From Eledone cirrhosa (taxonomy: Eukaryota): a stretch of 64,000 nt of DNA. A program made the position numbers and the translations under genes. Numbering within the stretch: the first letter of the stretch is position 1; each line of letters starts with the position of its first letter. This document shows, in pieces, positions 55,636 to 64,000 of this stretch. Under the pieces are notes generated by a model. It worked only from the letters and a program-made list of their open reading frames with translations. It did not search any database and had not been told where the DNA came from. The stretch covers positions 143,406,001-143,470,000 of the forward strand of contig OZ024741.1 in NCBI GenBank assembly GCA_964016885.1. The letters are read 5' to 3'.

Positions 55636-57239
55636 TTTTATGCTCATCAATGAGATGTGTTTCCCAAAAAAAGATAAATAAGTAGCTCCTTAAAGGTATT
55701 TACTGAGGTTGATTATGATATCATATTGAGAAAAACAATTGAAAAGGAAGTGAAAATGCTTCTCGTGTTTGTCTCAGATTTGCTACCAAGTACCAGATCA
55801 TCAATGTAACTATAAACATAAATAAAAGGTAAACTTTGATTTATGTATTGCTGAAGCACTCAGTGCTTCAGCAATACTTAATTTAAAGTTTATCTTTTAT
55901 TTATGTTTGAGTTGCATTTCATCAATTCAATGTTATTTGAAGGAATTCAAAAGGGTTAAAAGGAATTGTAATTGCAGTTTTATGGATGTCATCTGGCCCA
56001 CTTGATATCTGATTGTAAGTAGAAATTTGGGGAATATTTTAAAACCATGAGAAGAAACAACCTGGAAATGTGGTACAGAGTACTTATCAGGTTTTAGTAT
56101 CGATATTAAGCATCAGTTATCACAATGCCACCAGTTACTTGGAGCTTTGTTAGAGACCATGTGAAGGGCTGCCAACTAATTTGTTATTGGACAGGTGAAT
56201 GATGCCAAGTTCCAGCATATGATAAAACTCTGCCTTAATTTTAAGAAAGTCATGGTTTGAAAAACTCAGAATAATGGCATCTCTACTTTAAGAAAAACAT
56301 TTCAAGAAACTAGTGCTGACAAAAGATTCCTGAGTATTGTCACACTGCACAAAATATGTTGTGTTTTAAACATCCACTAAAGGCTGTAAGAAATCAGCTG
56401 CGAGAAGTAGTGTCAGCAATTGAGCCATGAAAATGACCAATTGAAAGACTCTTTGAACATCAAGATCAAATGTCACAGATTTCTCATTGTGGGTGTCCTT
56501 ATAATCAATAACATTCTAACCATAACTATCCTACTTTTATTCAGTCATAGTGTATCAAGGAGTACATTATCCAATGTGTTCCTTACCCTTTTGATACCAA
56601 ACCACCTGAAACTGCCCCTCATTTTATGATACAAACTCTTTGTTTTCAACTGTTTATATTTACCTAAAAACATCCCATCATAATTTTATGTTATAAAATT
56701 CTTCCAAATTCTTGATTATTCTTGAAAGTTATTTGAACATCATAGATAGTGTTTTCATTAGAAATATAGTAACAAAAGGATTAAGATGGAAAGGTATTAT
56801 TTCAGGAAAATTTGGCTGCTACTTTTAGAAATATTGGTAGCAAAAGTGTTAAGATGGAAAAGTTTGATTTGAGGAAGATTTGACTGCTATTTCTAACATG
56901 CTGGGTAACCACAATGATGGTGGATGGTGAGGAAGGTGGTGAAGTACTCTCTATACCCTAAACTGGTGATTAAGGATTGTTTGTTGTTAAAAACTTCTTT
57001 ACTACTGGCTTCATATTAAATCTCCTTAAATTTGCCCCAACAGTGCAGTGCTTGGAAAATAACTGGACATCATTTCAATATATAATGCCATTTAATGTCC
57101 ACATGCCTGACTGGGTCTTTACAGACTGCATTTTATCATGAAACCAGCACTAGTGGGGTTCTCATGTCACAGACACAACTGTAGTGTCCTCCCCATTTTT
57201 GTAATTATTTACTAAGATTTACCTTTTCTTTTTTTACAG

Positions 57240-57350
57240 CAAAATGAAGAATTGAGAAGACAGCTCAATGCACAACAGAAACTACTGGAAAAACATAAAG
57301 AAAACCTGCAAAAATGTTTAGAAGTTAATAAATCTCTTTTAATAGAAAAA
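57240..57350 (+). CDS. TLK: Tousled-like kinase, internal exon (coiled coil)
   Basis: Polypyrimidine-TACAG acceptor, 111 nt = QNEELRRQLNAQQKLLEKHKENLQKCLEVNKSLLIEK, donor GTAAGT. Resembles recalled vertebrate TLK ..[30 protein letters not shown]. Confidence 0.92.
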
Positions 57351-57927
57351 GTAAGTGTAATTGTTAAGTACATCTGTTACTGTTGTTGTTGTTTGAGTGC
57401 CACTAGTGGTGGTGGGAGATAACTTGTTCAGTCCTCAGCAAGTGGACACCTCAGTTTGAGTAGATTTATATTAAGGGGCTTTACTTGCAGTTTGGCTAGT
57501 AGTATATCTATGTTAATTAACTCTAATATGTAAAACCATATTAACAAGACATTCTTGAAAAGTACAAAAGAACACCGTGACTGCACCTCATTAGAAATTA
57601 CAGTATTATCTCTAATACTGCAAATGTTCACAATGATCTGTCCACTAATAAAGATACATTTGAATTGACAAACCTATTTTTAAATATTTCCTTCTAAAGA
57701 ATTACAGGATGTTAAGAGTTAATACTGTAAATTTTCAGAACAATCTGTCCACTAGTAAAGATACTAAAAACATTTGAATTAACAAACTTTTTTGTTTTGT
57801 TTTGTTTTAGATATTTTCTAAGCTATTACATGATGTTAAGAATTAATACTACAAATTTATATTAACAAACCTGTTTTTAAATATTTTCTGCTAAATCATT
57901 GCAGGATGTTAAGAGTGAAGGAATAAG

Positions 57928-58110
57928 CACAGGTATAGCTGTGTGATTGGGAAGTTTGCTTCACAAATGCAGGATTTGGGGTTCAATCTCACTGCAGGGC
58001 ACTTTGGGCAAACGTCTTCTCAAATAGCATTTGGTTGACCAAATGCTATTTGAGAAGGCATTTGCCTTCTGAGTAGAATTTGATAGATAAAAACTGTAGA
58101 AGCTTGTATA
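57928..58110 (+). mobile_element. tRNA-derived SINE, family C (intronic)
   Basis: GCACAGGTATAGCTGTGTG..GGGTTCAATCTCACTGCAGGGCACTTTGGGCAA. Minus-strand relatives near 2330-2470 and 19255-19380. Confidence 0.6.
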
Positions 58111-58358
58111 TATAATTTGACAGGTTTCTACAGTGATGTATGTGATTGTTTACAGTACTAGGTCAAAATATTATGACCTAGTACTGTAATGATAGCCACC
58201 TGCTATTCTAACCATCATATCATTGTGGCATAGTACTGTAGCTATAACCACTTGCTATTCTACAAATCACATGCAATTATGACCAAGTACTGTAGCCATA
58301 ACCATCATCATACAATTATTAGCTGACCAGTTATATGTTTTACAATTGTGTTTTGCAG

Positions 58359-58495
58359 AGTCTTTTAGAAAAGAAAACTACGCGACAGAAGTGCATGGAA
58401 AACCGGTTACGGTTGGGGCAGTTTGTGACGCAGAGACAGGGAGCTTCGTTTGTTGAAAATTGGGTAGATGGTTGGGCTTTCACAGATTTAATAAA
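58359..58495 (+). CDS. TLK: Tousled-like kinase, internal exon
   Basis: TTTTGCAG acceptor, 137 nt = SLLEKKTTRQKCMENRLRLGQFVTQRQGASFVENWVDGWAFTDLI(K), donor GTAAGT. Matches the TLK signature RLRLGxFxTxRxGASFxExWxDG. Phase 0 in, phase 2 out. Confidence 0.95.
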
Positions 58496-59245
58496 GTAAG
58501 TATAGCTTTCTTTCTGTGTGTGTGTGTGTACCTTCTCAATATCCTTCGATTTTTCCTTTCTCTTGTTCTCTTGGTTGACAGACTTAATTCATCAACTGGT
58601 TTAACACTACCTCATGACCCTTTGCTTGCCTTTAGCAGATTACATTCTTCCATACATTCAGACTGAACCTCTGGTTTAAGGATTATTTGATATATAGATG
58701 TATCATTTGTTACTACTGCTGCAGTTTTTTTAATGGGTTTTTTTCCACTTCCTTCCTCTACTTGGCTCAGAAGCCCTGCAGACATAAGGGCCAAATAAAG
58801 GGTTGAGATGACTCTTCAGTTGTGTCAAAAACATGACAACCTCTCTAGTGTTGGTGATCTATTTGATAAATGCACCCAATACATTCTGTAAAATGGTACA
58901 TGATCGAAAGGACTCTTCAGTTGTGTCAAAGACATGACAACCTCCCTAGTGTTGGTGGTATTATAAAAATACACTAGTACACTGTGAAAAATATGTGATC
59001 AGTGACTCCAATTGAGTACTGACTTGGTCTATGATGACTTGACCAACCCTTGCTAGCAGGGAAAATGTATGTTAAGCGATGATGATGATAACGATAACGA
59101 AGATGGATATCTATCCTGATGTCAACCATTACTTTTAGTTTCATATGGCGTACATGAAAACCAGTAAGGTACCTATTCCATTGATCTTCACCCAGCATAG
59201 TTTCCTTGATCACATATTCTAAGTGTTTCTATCTTTCTGTTCCAG

Positions 59246-59383
59246 GCAACAAGAAAAAATAGCCTCAGAAAGAGAAGACATTGAAAAACAGAGAAAGCTC
59301 CTAGTAAAGAAAAAACCTCCTAGTTCTTCAATGTTAGCAAAAAATTCCAAACATGAAAACTTTCTGAAACCAGGTGAAAAATG
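59246..59383 (+). CDS. TLK: Tousled-like kinase, internal exon
   Basis: TTCCAG acceptor completes the Lys codon. QQEKIASEREDIEKQRKLLVKKKPPSSSMLAKNSKHENFLKPGEK, donor GTGAGT. Resembles TLK [25 protein letters not shown]. Confidence 0.93.
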
Positions 59384-59639
59384 GTGAGTTGAATTTTTTT
59401 TTATTCATTTTCATTCTCTCTCTTACTCATTACGCATGGACATATATCCAGCCAGAAAAATTCCTGGCAAAATTATGAAAACCACAACACATAAGATTCG
59501 GACTAATTGTGTTATACAAGGCCAACACTAATCATGATTGTGGGGTGACTAGAGTAGCTATGTGCAAGAACCCCTTGTCCATCATCAAGCAGTCGCTTAT
59601 CATTTTTTCCTTCCAGTTACTAAGAAATGCTACTCAAGG

Positions 59640-61780
59640 AACCAACAGTCAAGTTACACATCTCAGGATTGCCACTTTCAATGTTGACACCCTGAAAGGT
59701 AAATCAGAGGATATTGTGGAGCTGATAGAAAGGAAAGTAGTGGATATATATTGTGTACAAAATAGATGGAGGGGTGCTTCAGTGAGAATATTCACAGGCA
59801 AATAACATAGATACAAACTTTTGGGTAGGAAATGACAAGAGGGCAGGTGGTGTAAACCTACTACTAGCTGAGATAAGGTGATAGAGGTAGTTAGAGTAAG
59901 TGACGGAATTATCAAGTTTAGATTAGCTGTAGGATATAGAATACTGACTATTACATCTACCTATGCTCCACAGGCAGGACTGAATAAAGAACAAAAAAGC
60001 AGGTTCTATGAGGAACTTTTACAGACAACTTCAGTTACTGATGAAAGAGACCTCATCATCTTAGCAGGAAACTTCAATGGACATGTTGGACAGTACCAGG
60101 ATGGATACAGTGGAGTTCATGGCGGCTATGGTTATAGCTCAAGAAATGAAGAATGTGTGATGCAAATGAACTAACCATTTGCAATACAAATTTCAGGAAG
60201 CCAGCCAGCCATCTGATCACATCGCCAATTTGGCGAAAACACAAGCCAGGTTGATTTCTTACTTATAAGACAAATAGATAGACGGACAGTAATAGATGCT
60301 AAGCCCTTCCCCAGGTAATAATGTATTGCCCAACACAAGTTACTTATTAATGACCTCAGGATAAACTCAACACGAAACAAGATGAGCAGGAAAATATGAA
60401 AACAGAAGGTTTGGAAGTAAAAGAACCTTTCTGTTAAGTATAGGTTTAGAAAGGCCCTACGGGTTGCATTTGATGAAAGGAAAGATGAATTAGATTTGTA
60501 TGACATAGAGGACAATTGGAAATTCTTTGCAAACTACTGATGACACTTGTGGCCTGGACAAAGCACCAGTCAGACAAAGGGTAAACTGGTGGTGGGACAG
60601 TACAGTGAATAGAGCCATTAAAACCAAGAGACAGGTGTGGAAAGACTGGGAAAATGGAGGTAGCAGAGACCAGTACCAGGTAGCTAAGACAGAAGCTAAA
60701 CTACAGGTATACATAGCTCAGAAAAAGGTTGAAAAAAGAAAATTTGCCAATGTCTTGCGACATGAGGATAAGAGACATGAAGTTTTCTGCATTGCAAGGC
60801 TGTCAGTGTGAATCGGGATGATGTTGGGGCAAAAATGTGTTAGAAATGACTCTGGTGTTCAAAAGAAAGAAGCCCAGAAATGTTACTATGAGAGGCTGAT
60901 GAATGGGAGGAGGAATAACTACCCCCAACTTACCCAACAGAGGGGCCAGCTATTGAAATTGACAGTTATAGGGTCAAAGAAGCAATCAAGGAGATGCAGA
61001 ATGGTAAAACTGCAGGATCATCAGAGATAATTGGTGAGATGCTAAAAGCATTGAGAGAAGTAGGAGCCAAACTTGTAACCTGCATAGTCAATCAGGTAAT
61101 TCAGGACGGAATCATACCCAATGACTGGGTGCAGCAGTACAATAATTAATTGTTACAAGGGTAAAGGTGATGCCCTAAAAGGGCGCAACTATAGAGGAAT
61201 AAAACTAATTGACCAAATTATGAAAGTGACAGAAAGTTTTATAGCAGAGCTAATTAGGGATAGAATCAAATTAGATGAGATGCAGTTCGGTTTTGTGCCT
61301 GGAAGCCTTCTTCTTAGTGAGGCAGCTAAAAGAGTAGTCCCTAGCCAAGAATAAGCCCCTATATTTAGCTTTTGTTAAAAAGGCCTTTGACTGAGTACTT
61401 CAATCTGTTATCTGGTGGCCCTTAAGAAAAGTAGTTGTAGAAGAATGGCTTGTGAGAGCAATGCAAGCCATGTACAGAGGATCTGTCAGTAAAATGAGAA
61501 TAGGAAGTGTGTTTAGTGAGGAATTCAAGGTGCCTATAGGGGTTCATCAGAGTTCAGTTCTCAACCCACAGCTGCTCATTATAGTTCTCCGAGCCATAAT
61601 AGTCAAGTTTAAGACTAGCTGTCCATAGGAACTTCTCTATGCAGAGAGCTTGGTTCTTATAGTTGATTCCATAAAAGAACTAGTGAATAAGTTCTTACTA
61701 TGGAAATAGAATTTGGAATCAAAAGGACTGAAGGTAAACTTAGCCAATACTAAAGTGATAGTAAGAAAGAAGACTCCTAT
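59640..61780 (+). pseudogene. Decayed RTE LINE (APE N-terminus to RT) in a TLK intron
   Basis: LRIATFNVDTLKGKS..VDIYCVQ..RWRG; STYAPQAG; NWWWDSTV; [16 protein letters not shown]; LDEMQFGF. Multiple stops. Confidence 0.85.
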
Positions 61781-64000
61781 TACACACAATATTGCCTGAT
61801 GAATTTCATTAAAAAACAATTTCAGAAAGCACTGGATTGTATTAGAAAGTTACCCCAAAACAAAAAGTTTTGCAAATAAATTCAAGATATATATATAATC
61901 ATTGTCTGAAGATCAGTTCTAATGTATTTAATTGATAATTTAATATAATATGATGTCAGTCCAAATCACACTTTTGTATGTGAGCAAATATTGATTTCTA
62001 ATTTAGGTACAAGGCCAGTAAATTTGGGGAAGTTGATTAAATAAACTCTAGTACTTCACTGGTACTTTATTTTATCGACCCCTACAGAATGAAAATCAAA
62101 ATTGAACCCAGAATTTAAAGAGACAGCTAATTCTACCAATACACCACCCTTGTCCTAGTAAACAATACAAATCAAAAATGAAGATCGTGCTCTGAGATAT
62201 TTCTTGTTGGTTTGAAATAGATAAACTTGTTTAGTCAATGTAGCCTAAGAGCTGGAGTTTGCTTCAGTTGGAAGAAGCCACTATTAAGATTAGTGTTAGG
62301 AAAGGTATCCAGCTGTAAAAAAATTACCTTAAAAAATGCCATCCAACCCATGCCAGCAAGGAAAAGTGATGATGATGACATATATGACCAGAAACTGAAT
62401 TCTTTTCAAAAACTAATGTTTCCGAATGGTCAAATTTACTGTATCATTACATCATCATTACTGTTTAAAGTCTATTTTTTTATGGTTGCATGGGTTAGAT
62501 AGGTTGTCATGTTATGAGGCTTGTCAGGTCAGATGACCTGTCTTATTCATATAGATTTGTATTTTGGTTTGGTTTCTACAGCTGGATGCCCTTCAGAACT
62601 CTAACATTATTACAGTATGTATTGGAAGCTTTTTCTCATGGCACCACCACTACCACTTTATAGAATGGGCTGGCCGTTTTGTTTTTTTGTTTCTTTTGTT
62701 ATGGCAGCAGAATGAGCACCTTACAGGATGGACAGGGTGATTTTTATCGTGATACCTTCATGGCCACCTAACATGGTGGACTGGGTGCTTTTTTGTTGCT
62801 ATATCAAACAACATCCTAATATTACTGAAATAATAATGGGAGAAAAATATGTTATACTATCTACTGTGAGTTTTCACTCTATCTATGAACAAAATTCTTC
62901 GATGTTACCTGTGATGTTCATCCTCGACTCAGGCTCTGAGAACCACCAGTGATGTGATGAAACTTGTAGAAAGAATTTAAATTTAAATGAGAGTTCTTTG
63001 TCTAAAGTACTCCTCTCAGTAAATGTCTGTCTCTCCAAGTTATATATAACTGACAAAAGCTGTGTTTAGTTTATATGTCAGAAAAATTGTATATTGGTAA
63101 AGACATGGTAAGGTTAGTGTGATGAGTGGTTAAATGGTTGAACTACATTGACTGAAAATCACAAGTTCAAACTTGACTTTGAGCATTGACTGAAAGAATT
63201 TAGGATAACCTTTTCATTACCATATTTCTAATGAAAATAATCAAGTATTTGGAGTGGTTTAGTAATATAAATAACTTTCATTATTAAGCTGATGTTTGGA
63301 ACACGTTAACAAAAAATGTTTTAACATAACATTATGGTGCAAGGTTTTTAGATAAATATAAACACTTTAAAATAAATGGCTTAGTATAATAAAACCAGGG
63401 GTGGTTTCAGGTGATTTGGTATCAAGAGGGTTAAAACAAAAAATAACCAGGCAACTTTTGTGTGATATGTGGAAGACAGTTAGACTTCTGTAACAATTAA
63501 TCCTGTGGGAGGCAGTTTGACCTCTGATGTGATCAATTCTGTGACCTTTTCTGTAGATATTACACCTTTTTTAACTAAAGCCATCAACCCTTTTGATACC
63601 AACATAATATTATATAAGATCCTTATGTTAAGGTAGTATTTTTGTAATGAAATAATTAATAATTTCTACTAACCCAGCTAAAACTGACTCTGATTCTATG
63701 AAACAAAATCATCCATTTTAGAGGGTTCCTTTTAAAATTAAAATCTTCCTGTAAATGTGGTTGTAAAAAGGGTATCCAGCCATAGAAACCATGCCAAAAT
63801 TAGTTCTGTATGAGCAAGACATGGTCATCTCACCTCGACTTGCCTCAAACAGGACAACTCATCTAACCCATGCTAGCATGGAAAATGGACATTAAACAGT
63901 GATAATGATAATAAGAACTATATATTAAGTTATTATCTTAGAAACAAAATCAATTTAAGTAAATCCCTTGAAAATCTGAATTAATTGAAAAATAATATTT

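Noticed and set aside
55960-56480. Coding-like remnant, possibly a transposase or an upstream TLK exon
   Set aside because: No sustained frame, recognisable motif or convincing splice pair.
57630-57920. Local ~100-bp intronic duplications (also 58810-58960 and a 24-bp repeat at 20358-20430)
   Set aside because: Ordinary degenerate slippage duplications with no further structure.

Overview
AT-rich, repeat-dense eukaryotic genomic DNA, most likely a coleoid cephalopod (octopus-type SINE/RTE repertoire; inferred from family recognition, not a database search). The only host gene I can support is a Tousled-like kinase (TLK), seen as three phase-compatible coiled-coil exons at 57.2-59.4 kb on +, with a possible non-coding first exon near 27.2-27.5 kb. 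The rest is transposon-derived: decayed and young RTE LINEs, tRNA-headed SINEs (some with RTE-derived tails), an intron-containing Chapaev3 transposase, a Helitron, a CRE-like RLE fragment nested in a hAT MITE, Penelope-like fragments carrying hammerhead ribozyme motifs, and Tc1/mariner-type MITEs. The most unusual part is 28.4-50.6 kb. There, kilobase-long interrupted (TA)n arrays hold nine near-identical RTE fragments in alternating orientation, including one ~895-codon open frame. Two LINE copies there have twin-priming-like 5' inversions, and an unclassified ~610-bp TG...CA element is bounded by TA tracts. The region ends in a near-perfect 466-bp tandem array that folds back on itself beside a 200-N gap, so an amplification or assembly chimera cannot be excluded.
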